Assembly (NCBI GenBank): GCA_010909165.1
Contig: MU008156.1
Location: forward strand, 496,001 to 560,000
Length of the DNA: 64,000 nucleotides
Source of the DNA: Anthoceros angustus
Lineage: Eukaryota; Plantae; Anthocerotophyta
Direction: 5' to 3'
Of the stretch, positions 1 to 11,300 are shown in pieces (position 1 is the first letter of the stretch; each line of letters opens with the position of its first letter). The position numbers were made by a program, and so were the translations under genes. The notes beneath the pieces are model-generated. The model had not been told where the DNA came from. It saw only the letters and a program-made list of their open reading frames with translations, and did no database searches.

Positions 1-1525
1 ATGGGTCCATGCTTGCCGCAGGGACGGAGGTAAGCTCGGCAGTGCTCTTTGTTCCTTGGCTTTTTGGCGCCATCAGTCCCAGCTAATCCGATGAAGCAAC
101 AAAGAGATCCCATTGTCAACCTCTTGATCACTATCCCGCCTTACTGCATCTCTGCTCAATGGTTGCAGAAAGGACACCTTCGTGTTTTCAACTGGCCAAG
201 CATGACGGTCGTACTTGATGAGCCTCACACACTCAAGCAAATACGAGACTTGGATATCAGGTTGTCAATCGACTTCAAAGTAGATCTGTGTCATGTGATT
301 TTCAGCTGCAGATGGCCTCTCTGCAGTCACACTGACTGGTGTTCTTGTTGGCAGCATGGATTCTGCTCGAGTTGCAGTGTCAGGTGGTGGTGTTTGCCAA
401 GTCTGGAATCTTCATTCTGCAGCAAAGGAAGGCACCTTGTCGAATGAGGTAGTTGCCAGCTTTGTGCACAAAGTTGCCATCAAACCTCTGCCATGTGGAA
501 ACCCTTCTTTGTAGCTAATGGTCTGTGTCTTGCGTTGGCACGTATTATATTTAGGTTGCTGATATCGGAGTTTTGATGGGTTTGCAGGGCGACATGCTTG
601 ACTGTTGTAGGTTTTCGAAAGCAGGAAAGAAGCCTTTCCTTTTCGTTGCAGTCAACCGAGGTGCATTTCAAAGTGCTCATTTGTGGTGCCGCACCGATGC
701 TAAGATTATATTTTACGCTTGCTCTTTTTCAGACAAACTGCTAAGCTGCTGCAGCTGTGCTACATGATTTCTATTCAGGAGGCAAGGGTTACATCGGTGT
801 GTGGGTCATCAGTGAGTGGGAAAAGTGCCTCGGGCTGAAGAAGGTTCAGCATACTTCTGTAACGTCGCTTGCTGTCACTCCGAATGGTAAACGTCTTGCT
901 ATGTAAGTGGTGTTGCTTAGGGTTTATAGCCTTTCAGAACCGTTTGAGAACAGATTTGGGGATCGCTGCTCCAGTGGAAGTTTTCCTGACCCTTTTGCTT
1001 GTCGGGACTTTACAGTGGAGGTTTACTTGGACAAATCACGATACTTGAAGTAGTGAACATGAGCCTTGTGCACAAAGTTCAGACTGACCAGGCTGGGTCA
1101 ATCACTTTCTTGGAGTTTTCTCGGAATGGCAGGTTCGAGACCAGCTCTTCTTACTTTAACTCTATTTGCCGACCATGCGCAGCACTCATGTCATGTCAGG
1201 TTAGAGCATCTCAGCATTGCACACTATGTCATAATTCAGTTTCTCCTTGCAGGGAGCTGTTGTCTCTGGCAGCGGACTCCACCTCAGAGGTCCTTCCGAT
1301 CCATTTAGAGCGAGAATGGAAAGGTTTGTTGCATCCTTTGTATTGCTTACAGTCGGGAGCTGCTACCAATGCTGTGTCTCATTCTGACTCTTGTAACTTG
1401 TGCATCCTACAGAGTGGGAGCTCTACTCGATACTAGCTGCCTCTATCCTACTCTCTGTTGTAATTGCTTACTGGCTGTATTTAATATCCGACAACTTCTG
1501 GAATGCTCCACCGGGAAGAAGATAG
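1..1525 (+). CDS. SEC12: SEC12/PREB-like WD40 guanine-nucleotide exchange factor, 3' exons (5' part outside window)
   Basis: Manual splicing over GT-AG introns gives GSMLAAGTE|KGHLRVFNWPSMTVVLDEPHTLKQIRDLDIS|MDSARVAVSGGGVCQVW..|GDMLDCCRFSKAGKKPFLFVAVNRG|..SVTSLAVTPNGKRLAI|..|EWELYSILAASILLSVVIAYWLYLISDNFWNAPPGRR* (TAG 1523-1525). These match plant SEC12 motifs, including the C-terminal TM helix. Confidence 0.88.
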
Positions 1526-1935
1526 CAGCCATTCAGGCTTCCTGTGGAGGCCATTCTCTCTGCCCGTTAGATGGGATCCAACCCTTTGTAGACTACTATT
1601 ACGTATTTCCTTCATTGCTGCCAGAAATTGTCTGGCAGATTGATAAAAATAGTCTGTGGTTACCTCGGTATGAACCGAAAAATCAAACCTACTGCACTGT
1701 ATGCTCCAACGTTTCCAGAGCCAGTCTTGAATAATGCAAGATAGATTGCGGGATTGGTGTCATCCACGTTGTCCAACGGTGCAAACCAAAGCAGCTCCAA
1801 CCCCTTCCTCTCTAACAGGCATCGCATTCTGCTGCGAAGTGCGACGTGCGAAGTTAGAAGTATCACAATCCAGGATGTCCCTCTGATCACCTAAAGGGCG
1901 TTAGGGCCTTCAGGGTACAATTCAACAGTGAAAAG

Positions 1936-2463
1936 CTATGACTCTGATTTGTATCTGGCAACCTCCTCTTCGTTGGAAAGTTTGCCCATGAGCCTCCCTG
2001 CAGAGCATTCATATGCGCACATGAACCCTCCCAGCAAGCCAATTAACCCTGCTGTGTACATAGAAGGCCCTCTTACAAAGCAACTCCCTCCTGCCATTTG
2101 AAACTGGTCTGTCAGTCACAGGAGAATGCAGATTTTTCCCAGCACCTCGCACCACATCCAAAAAAGAGCTGCGTTGAGGCAATCCGAGCCGCCTAGCTTT
2201 CCAAAATTGTTGCAGCAGCACCGGTGCAACAACAATCAGCAAAGCATCAAGCGTCCTACTTAAACCCTTGAACAGACGTCAGCAAGATGGCCGGAGCAGC
2301 AGCCCATGGCAAGCAAGGCACCTGCAAGATAACCGACGGGTACGGCGCTGGCAGTCACTCCAGACATCTTCAGGTAGTCGGAAAAGCTGAAGTTGGAGAT
2401 GGTGGTGGAGGCGGAGGGATTGCGGTCAATCACAGGAAAGCGGGGCTCTCGCATCAGCACCAT
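1936..2463 (-). CDS. Mitochondrial complex I 20.9/21-kDa (MNLL-type) accessory subunit, 2 exons (2463-2322, 2090-1936)
   Basis: Spliced product MVLMREPRFPVIDRNPSASTTISNFSFSDYLKMSGVTASAVPVGYLAG|GSCFVRGPSMYTAGLIGLLGGFMCAYECSAGRLMGKLSNEEEVARYKSES* carries the family motifs PVxDRNP and GGFMxAYxxSAGRLMG. Confidence 0.88.
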
Positions 2464-2885
2464 CTTTGCTGTCGCAGCCAGCGCTGTTTCAATTTCTTCC
2501 TTCCTTTTTCGTTCCGCCGACCAACAACCTGCAGCCGGATTCGCCTCCTCCGCACGGAGAACGGACTGAGCACGCCAGGGAAAGCGTCAAATCGCCATTG
2601 TATGTACTGTAGTCTGTACAGGAGGCAAGCGGCCACCGTGCTTTACACCCTCGTCACTCTCGGTTTTGTTTTCTTACGCCTCCGTATGTTCCGATCTCAT
2701 GCGTATGAACGTTTTATCGTAATCGCTCCTATATACGTCACACCGTAATCGGATGCCATCCTACACCCATGCATGAAGCGAGGGATGGTTGATGCGCCAT
2801 TGGATGATAGGGTTGGGGCTGGCCAGCGGCATCGATAAGCATGCAGCATCCTGAAGTGAAGGTTCGGCAGCTCTGAGCTAACAGC

Positions 2886-3215
2886 ATGGGAGAATTGACG
2901 CATCGGTTTTGTGGAGGCCAACGGTCCGAAAATTCACAATCCGGAGCAAGGATCCGGTCAGTAGGAATTTGAGAGGATTCATGGATGTTTGGAAAGTTTT
3001 TTGCAAATCTTGTGCTGGTTATAACCAGCATTTGATGGATGAGCCGATGGAGGGGCGATTGTGCTGCTGCTTTACGGATTTCCTGAAGAGAGCTGGTACT
3101 CCTGGCGGCACCAGCTGCCAGCTATGGCAGCCGCGGGTTTCCATGCTGTTGCTCCTGACATCCGAGGGTATGGCGAGACCAAGGGGCCGAGGAGTACACC
3201 TCGCTGCACTGAGAT
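2886..3215 (+). pseudogene. Soluble epoxide hydrolase (alpha/beta-hydrolase) 5' fragment, degenerate
   Basis: MGELTHRF(+1)VEANGPKIHNPEQGS..IVLLLYGFPEESWYSWRHQLPAMAAAGFHAVAPDIRGYGET..(shift)EYTSLH*. The oxyanion motif HGFP reads YGFP, there are frameshifts and an early stop, and I see no downstream catalytic exons before the next gene. Confidence 0.75.
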
Positions 3216-3405
3216 GATGCTCTCTTGCCATGTGACAGAATCAACTAAAGACGCAATTGAAGTGCCCGCTTTTACTCTTGAATTCCACAGTCAGCATATG
3301 TACCTACTTCCAAACCCTTAGCTACACAGACAAGCCTTGAGAGAAACATCGCCCAATGGGAGGAGCACTGCCTACGTCAAGGTCTTGGAATTTGGTCAGC
3401 TAGAT

Positions 3406-4400
3406 TCACTTCAGCCAAGCAGCGATGCCCTCCACGGCCGGAGCAGAAACGTTCTTGACAATGTTTTCAAACAGGGCGGACACGAAGATCTCGTTCGAGC
3501 TGCCGTGCGAAACAGTCGCTCCGCCGGGCACTGACACCTGGAGCACGCGCCACTTCGTCATGGTCAGACGGCGTTCCTCGTTTCGAGGTTCGCGATTCGC
3601 GACCGAACGTCTCAAACGCGGTTGCAAACATTGTTCTTGTATTCATGACAGATTCGGCAGACCGTGGGCTCGGTGTGGAGTGCAATACCGTGATCTCGAC
3701 GACCGAGGGAGAAGGGAAGGCGAACACGACAGCGCTGATGTAGTCGACGCTCCGGAAGAATGCGGTCAGGGCGTGAATCTCCTTCTCCTCAGCCTCTCCA
3801 AGTTTGTTGTCCTTGGTGAGCTTCTGCTTGATGATTGGCTCCACCTTGGCCGCAAATCCCGACCCGGGGGTTTGCTCCAAAAGTGAGCCGATGCTAATGA
3901 ACTTCTCCACAGGCGCTGCAGATGGAGAGCGCGTTTAAATTGTGCGCAGTAGCTTACGGATTTCAGCAATGGCATTTGAGGACATACCTTTGGACAGAGC
4001 TGCGAAGAAGGACTCGTCATTCAGGAGCTCCTCAGCGGATTTCCCTTTCCAAGACTGGAGGTGCGAAACCACGTCGGCCTCGAAGTAGGCTCCTATCCGG
4101 GACACTTTCACAGGCAATCCCTGAATTTCCCTTTCTTGTTCACCTGCGGGAATTGTCACGCTGTCAGGATACTGCACCTCTTGCAAATGATGTGCAACCT
4201 GTGAATTGCAACACAAGAGATTTCTAGCATTACCATGGCCTGCTAACAAGAGAGTCTTGGACAGGCCCAGGGGAGCGGTAATGCTGTCGGGGAAGGTCTG
4301 GGCCACTGTCACAGTCACACAACATTCCGGAATGCAAGCTTCAGGAAGAGTGTGTGCTTTCCAGAGATCAAATTGCACAGGACTGCTTCATGCACTTACT
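3406..4400 (-). CDS. Chalcone-isomerase-fold protein (CHI-like/CHIL); exons ~4400, 4305-4234, 4143-3988, 3915-~3689, ~3537-3406
   Basis: Spliced MAQTFPDSITAPLGLSKTLLLAGHG|EQEREIQGLPVKVSRIGAYFEADVVSHLQSWKGKSAEELLNDESFFAALSK|APVEKFISIGSLLEQTPGSGFAAKVE..FPSPSVVEIT|VSVPGG..NEIFVSALF..VSAPAVEGIAAWLK*. HLQxWKGKSxxEL and APVEKFI are CHI-fold hallmarks. Confidence 0.85.
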
Positions 4401-4920
4401 GGCTCTAGGCCTTGAGCAACACAACGTGTCGAGATGCGCTGAAGCCTGAGCGGAGCGGAGTGGTTTGAGCTTTGAACTTCACGTACACAGCCAAGGCTCT
4501 GGACGCACAGGTCTGGAACCGCGAAAGGAGCGTGCGCTGTGCAGACGTCTCGTCGGAGGCGAGGTTTTGTACTGGAACGTGTGCCTGCACCCGATTGAAG
4601 CTTGTCTGGGACCGTTCAACAACTGGTAGGTCCCGGTTCTGGAAGGAGACGCCCAGTCAAGGTCGAATTAGTGGGCGGACGAAAGTCGACATGTGACACA
4701 TCCTTACTGGGCGGGTCCACCCGTCAGGCTTTCGGAACTGTCTTGGTTGGTACAGCTCATGAAAAGCGGAAGAGAACACACCCGATGCTTCACAGCGCTG
4801 GATGGCATTGGGAAGTTTCTAGAAACATCAGGTCAAGCCAACAATAGCACGGGTGCTCATTCTACATGAGGCTATGCTTCAAATGCTGCAAGAACATGCT
4901 TAGAGACTGTATGCACTGAT

Positions 4921-5080
4921 CCTGGCTCCCCCTTCGGCAAGCCATCCGCAGAGAAGGCAAGATGGAGAAGATTCTTACAGAGGGAAGCACATAGAACTGT
5001 CCTGGCTCCCACTCCGGCAAGCCATCGGCAGAGAAGGCAAGATGGAGAAGATTCTTACAGAGGGAAGCACGTAGAACTGG
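4921..5080. repeat. Two-copy 80-bp tandem duplication
   Basis: cctggctccc..gagaaggcaagatggagaagattcttacagagggaagcac.tagaactg at 4921-5000 and 5001-5080, few mismatches. Confidence 0.9.
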
Positions 5081-5670
5081 TTACCAATTGCTCCTGAGCC
5101 CATCTCCGATAAAGATCAATACTTTCAAATCTCACTGCAGTCTCAGCCAACAGGTTGGGGATCACATCATGGCTTGGATGACTTGTATCCTCCATCACAG
5201 TGGCCTTGCTAGGAATTCCAATACCCCAACTATGCTCAGGCCCATGGAATTGGACGCCATTGTCTTTTGGGCCTGCACACTATATGAGCTCCAAATTGTG
5301 CAATTGGAAGTGGGTGGTTTTTGGAGTAAGCCTACCTTAGTCCTTGCCTGCCAACACTGTGCGCAGCAATATGGAGCTGGACTGGAAGGCATTTTTGTTT
5401 TGGGAATCTCGGCTCCCCAACCGAAATAACGATTCCTACGTCTGCTTTTTGATTCATCTCACTCTTATTACGACTTGCTGCCGACTCCGAACCTGCCGGC
5501 TTACGGACGGAGCTCTCGGTTACACACGTTCAAGCACGTGCAGCTTTGTTGCTTCAAGCTCGTGGTGCTTTGTGTTCCTCGCACCGCAAGACACAAAGAT
5601 TGCAGCGCCTGCTCGATCTTCAGCATTCGGATGTTTGTGGCTCGTCTCCCAACCTTTGCTGTGTATTGAA

Positions 5671-7904
5671 ATGGCCGTGTCTCCTGTGTCCCCAAGGGAG
5701 GTGCTTCTTGCGGACATAGAGGCGGTGAGCCAGGATGCGCGATCGGCGCAGCATCAAGTGTTGCAGAGTATCCTTGAAGAGAATGGGGAGTGCCACTACC
5801 TGCAGAAACTCGGGCTGGGAGGAAAGCGAGATTTGGAAAGCTTCAAGGCCACAGTCCCGCTTTCAGGATATAAGCAATATGAGGCGGACATCCAGAGGCT
5901 CATGGACGGGGACAAGTCCCCTCTTCTCTCCGATGCCTCCCCGATCGCATTTGCCTCCAGGTTAATCCACGTCCCACACACCACGATGCAGGCAGCCCTG
6001 AATGGCGTGACAGTGCAAACTCCGTATGATGATGCTCACTCTGTACCACTGACGTGCTGCAGCTCGGGAACTACTGGGGGGCTGACCAAGCATTTCCCTC
6101 TGAGCGAGCAAATTGTTGCTTCTTCTTCACTCATCCAAGCTTACGGAATGGCTGTCGGACAGAGGTACGTAGTCATTGGAATCCCGTCTTCTTAGCTCTG
6201 GAATCCGGGATGTACAAATAGGTAAGCAGTAGAAAGTGGGCTGCCTCTAAGCTTGCCTGATGAGGGACTGTATGATTGAAAATGATGTGCAGTGCCTTCC
6301 CAAGCAAGTTGCCGCCTGGAGTTGGAAAGGTTTGGTCAGGACTCCTCGCTGGAACGAGAAGCAACACCAAGGGCGGGCTCAAGGTCTCCACAGTCTCCAC
6401 TATCGCCCTCTTCTTCCCTCCTTACATGGAGTTCCTCGAATCTGTTAACCAGGCCGTCCCCTTGGAGGTGATGCAATGCACAGATATCCGCCAAGCAATC
6501 TATGCTCACCTTTTGTGTGCCTTGAGTCAAGCTCATGTACTGGAAGCTATAGTCGTCATCTTCGCCTTCTCTTTAGTGGAAATGTTTCGGTGTCTGGAGA
6601 CGGTGTGGCCAAGTCTGTGCCATGACATCCGAACTGGGCAGGTCAACACCGAGATTGTTACAGATGATGTGGTCCGCCAAGCAATCTTATCCAAGGTATT
6701 GGGCAACATTGTCAATCTTGAGTGGAGTTGGCACCTTTCATACTTTGTGCTTAGAATATGCATATGATGATGTGCCTGCAGGTTCTGAAGGCTCCTGATC
6801 CGGAGGGGGCCAATAGGGTTCAGGCGGAGTGCCAAAGTGGGCAGTGGGACGGCATTGTGCTGCGTTTGTTTCCCAACCTACAGTACTTGTCTGGCGTTGT
6901 CACTGGGCCTATGGCCCCCTTTGCTCCCATACTTGACAGATACACCCGCAACAATTTCCCTAAACTGGCGTTCGGATACGGTGCATCTGAAGTGGGGCAT
7001 TGTGCTTTTCCACTTCCCGGACCCATGCTTGCAGATCCTGAGTTATTTGTCTTCTGGCCAAGGCATGTATTCTACGAGTTTCTTGCAGAGGATGGAGGGG
7101 AAAATTCTGACACGCTCGTGGAGCTGACGGAGGTGAAGCTGGAGCAGAAATACGAAGTGGTTGTGACCACCACTGCAGGTCCATGCATTGCAAATGTCTC
7201 TTTGAAACAGTCTGAATGTTCAGTTAGTTGAGATGCTTCTTCACTGACCTCACATGTGCAACTCAGGGCTGTACCGCTACTCTATTGGGGACACCGTGGA
7301 AGTGACAGGCTTCTACAACACCATACCTATCTTCAAGTTTGCTGGCCGGAAAGGGGTTCTTCTGAGCATCAACACAGACAAGACTGACGAAAGCGAACTT
7401 CAGATGCTGGTTCTCAGGGCAAGCAAGAGCCTTCAACAGCACGGCCTGCTTCTGCTAGAATACTCCAGTTATGCGGACCATTCCACCAGGCCAGGCCACT
7501 ACATTTTCTACTGGGAGTTGCAAGAGCGATTGGCCAGGCCTAACCCAGCAAAGGGGAGTACCATGAGTCCACAACCTGTGTGCAGTGACCGCGCCAATGT
7601 GCGTCAAGCCTTACAGGAGTGCTGTAACCAAATGGACTCGTCGCTCAATGAACCTTACAGGAGGGGTAGAAGAAATCAGTTCATCGGACCATTGGAGCTG
7701 AGGGTTGTGAGAAAAGGAACTTTCGCTGCAATGAGGGAATACGCTCTACAGCGCGGGGCAAGCCTCGCTCAGTACAAGTGCCCACGGTGTGTGTCCCATC
7801 CTGCACTTGTGGAAATCCTGAGTTCCCAAACGGAGGAGAGGTATCACAGTTCTTTCCATGACTGGGAAGGGGTCCAACACAATGCAACATCGACAGGCTT
7901 GTAG
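5671..7904 (+). CDS. GH3: GH3-family acyl acid amido synthetase, 5 exons (~5671-5960, 6063-6164, 6293-6695, 6782-7179, 7268-7904)
   Basis: Motifs SSGTTGG, YGASE, GLYRYSIGD, LSINTDKTDESEL, PGHYIFYWEL, IGPLELRVVRKGTF, QYKCPRCV; GT-AG introns join the ORF pieces in frame. Confidence 0.93.
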
Positions 7905-8384
7905 TGGTGTACGGCTTTACTCCGTCTCTAGAACACTACCACCCTTTTGTCTTGCCCCCGGGTGTTTTATGACGCATTGGTTTCATCTGGAGGAGCAAGC
8001 TACTCTCCCAACACAACAGGAGAGCTGCAGCTCTCCAGCTTCCTTCCCAAGCCGCTCTCCACCGTCACTGGCGTCATTACAAGGTATGGTTCCCGATCTG
8101 CAGAAGCTGGATCTCCCTGTGAGCATGGCTCCAAGATCGCATCGCATTAGTCCAAAGTTTGTTTTTAGTGAATTGCATTAGTCCAAATTTCTAAGCCGCT
8201 GCGCTTAGATTGTCGCCTTTTACAGGGAGATCTAAGCTCACGCAATGGCTATCAGATTGAACCAGAGTCACTGTTAATCCAGCAATTCAAGATCAACACG
8301 TCCCTCTCCTCAGAATATTCCCACTGGTGGTTAATCAACTGTGAAACTGTACCCAATACGTCGGAGTTAATTACCTTGAATTTA

Positions 8385-11300
8385 TTATCTTGCAACCTTT
8401 TTTGTCATGTGCTCATGACGAGGATTGGGGTCGACCTGTTCGATCTGGTTTACTACCCGTTGCCAGGGACGCAGGAAGTTTCTGGGTTTGAGAAGTTCAC
8501 GCACTAAAGTACTCTGAGGTCGAAAAAATGAAGAACAAGACAACACATTGTGCTGAAAGAAGAGGGTTCGGGCAGCTGTGTCCACATGGAAGTGCATTCC
8601 TTTATGTATCGAAGGTCCTGGAAAGACATAAAAATCATCCTCTAGTCTCTTCCTCAAAACGAACACAAAACCAAATATTTTATCACACGAACCTGAGATG
8701 TCATAGGTTGATGCATACAATTCGGACACCAAGCAAGCGGGCGCTCCGATCATGTCAGGACTTCCTTCTGGTTTTAAAACTCCTTCCAATAGGATCCCCA
8801 TATCACCGCAACGTAACTCTATCACCTCACCACTTACATATTTCCGCATTTGCCCTCTTTCACCTGTAACTGCTCTTAGGTCATGCATAGTGACTCCATC
8901 GAAACATTGAGGTATTTGAATCTTCGCAACAACCAGAGCACTTTCCTGCAACATGCAAGTCATCTCGTCTTTGCGATTACTCTCACAAAATCGGCGGGAT
9001 TACAATAAGAAAGGAGAACTCGGCTGTTGTCTAAAAAGTACAATACCTGCCAAAACAAATCCTCCAGCGCCTGTTCAGACTGCAAAAGAGACAAGAATTC
9101 TGTTTTCCCAACAAAGAGACAATGGACCAAGGACTCCGCTGTGACATCACAAAGATGTGGCATTCCAGCTAGCGTTTCATACAAACCCAAAACGCTGCCC
9201 TGATGAAATGTTGATCGGTAGGGACTCCTGCCTTTCAAGGCGTTACTGCTCCACTGCAGACCAACGAACAAAGGTCAACACAAGGTTAGGGTGTCACTAC
9301 GTTAAAACTGCAAGGGTACCAGAGAGGCTAAGGACCTTAAGAGTGCCGCTGGTAATGAACCATATCCCATCTGAACCTGATTTTTCCTTATACAGCAGAC
9401 ATCCACGAGATTTCAACTTCTTCTTGGCAGCCCTCAGAAGGGGTTCTTGTAGGCGAGGGGGCAGTGCTTCAATAAAAAACTGAGAACTAAGCAGTTCAAC
9501 TGCTGAAGGCATAACTACCGAAACCGGTCGCATGAGTCTCTTCATGTCGATCTGCAGGTGATACAGCCCGGACTGTGATGTGCGGGCTCAACATCTTCCT
9601 GCAACAAGTACCCTTGAATTCTTTACATACACAGGCAAGAAATACAGCAAACCTCTAGAGAATCACGTAATTTCAGTATCTCTTTCTCCCCGAGCTCTCC
9701 AACCTTCTCCACGTCTCCCACATATCCATTCAGGTGCATAAGAATTGCGTGTGCGACTTGTTTGAACCTTACGGCAGATAGCACCTGAAGGAAGACCGAC
9801 AAAAATAGATTGGTTTGATGATGGGGGATCCACAACTTTGCCACCTTTAGCAAACCTGAAAGGTGCTAACCTGCGGGAATGGCACTCGGATATCTTCCAA
9901 AAATTGTTTGGCCTCTTCGCTCTCCATTTCACTCTCAGATATGACTGCCTCTGCAACCGCAGGATCTCCTGAAACGGGCACCACACATAATAAGCTCCTC
10001 GATCTTCACAAACCTAGGCTCAAGTCTATCGCTTATCGATCCGGATCCGAACACTCACGGTGATCTTACCTTTCTCATGATCGATGAACTTAAGAAGCTG
10101 AAGCTGCACCTGCTGGTGAGCTGTAAGGAATGCTGCTGAAATGCAACAACCAAGCTCCAACCGCTCATTTAAAAGAGTTTGCAAAAATTTCTCAGGAATC
10201 CACCCGAACTTTTCCCGTTGAAAATTTTTGAGGAACCGTGGGAAGTGAACTTGCGGATGTATTCCCTTCCAGTCATGCAAGCCATTAAGATCTTCAAGAG
10301 CTTCATCCACAGATCTCATCAAAATCGTAGCCACTGTTTGCGTTATCCTCCCTTCGTCCAACATCTTCCAATACGCAGCTCGGACACCTGTGATGAAGGA
10401 GGTACAGAAATCAAAAAACTAAAAGAGTCAAGCCATGGCAGCCATCCTTTGTGAATGACCAGGTCGCTGTGACATCAAGTCGGGCACCCAAGCAAAGTAA
10501 AGGCCACGAAAACCAGTACTAATTCTCACTAACTTTAACTGACCAAATTGCAGCGATTCTCTCCGTACAGACACTTACTACTTAAAAATCGTAGACGAGC
10601 TTCTTGAAGAGGTTCCTTATGGAGAGCAAGAGTTGAAGCCCTTGACTCATGAGGATGCACAGAAAGTTCTGCATCAGAGACACCCTTGAGGCAGCATAGG
10701 TACTTCTTGATCGTTCCCCAGTCTACAGGACCCAGCTCCTGATCTTCACTTAAGGCTCTGAAAACCTCGAGACCTTTCCTGTACATCTCAGACTTTGCAT
10801 AGCGCAGCATAAGACCCTGCAAGCAAGAGAGACATTTGAACTAGAACCCATAAGATGTTTGACTTATAGTCAAATCCAGTACCATAAAGAAGTCTGACTG
10901 CAGCAAGGCAGAGATAGGATCCAGCCGCTCCTCACCATAGTTTCTGAAGGCCGAACCAGACCAAGGGCGGAGAGTAGAAACTGAGTTGTAGAGCCATTTA
11001 TGACGATCGTCATAAAGACTACCCCCCCTGTGAGAAACACGAACTGTTGAATCAAGTATCAGTATCACGTAGAAAGACCAGAGACAGTGAACATGCCCGC
11101 CATGGTCAAGCAGAATGGCTACCTGGGCTTGTGTCTTTCTCGATAGATATAAATATTCTGATGGTCCAGCTTGCTGCATTACCAAAGCGTCAGTGTGAGA
11201 AATATTCCAACGTGAGTGCAACTTGCTCAGCGTTGCTAGCTCCTCGTACAAAATCTGGGTAATCAATAATCACAATCAGGTTGAGACTTACAGCCACGAG

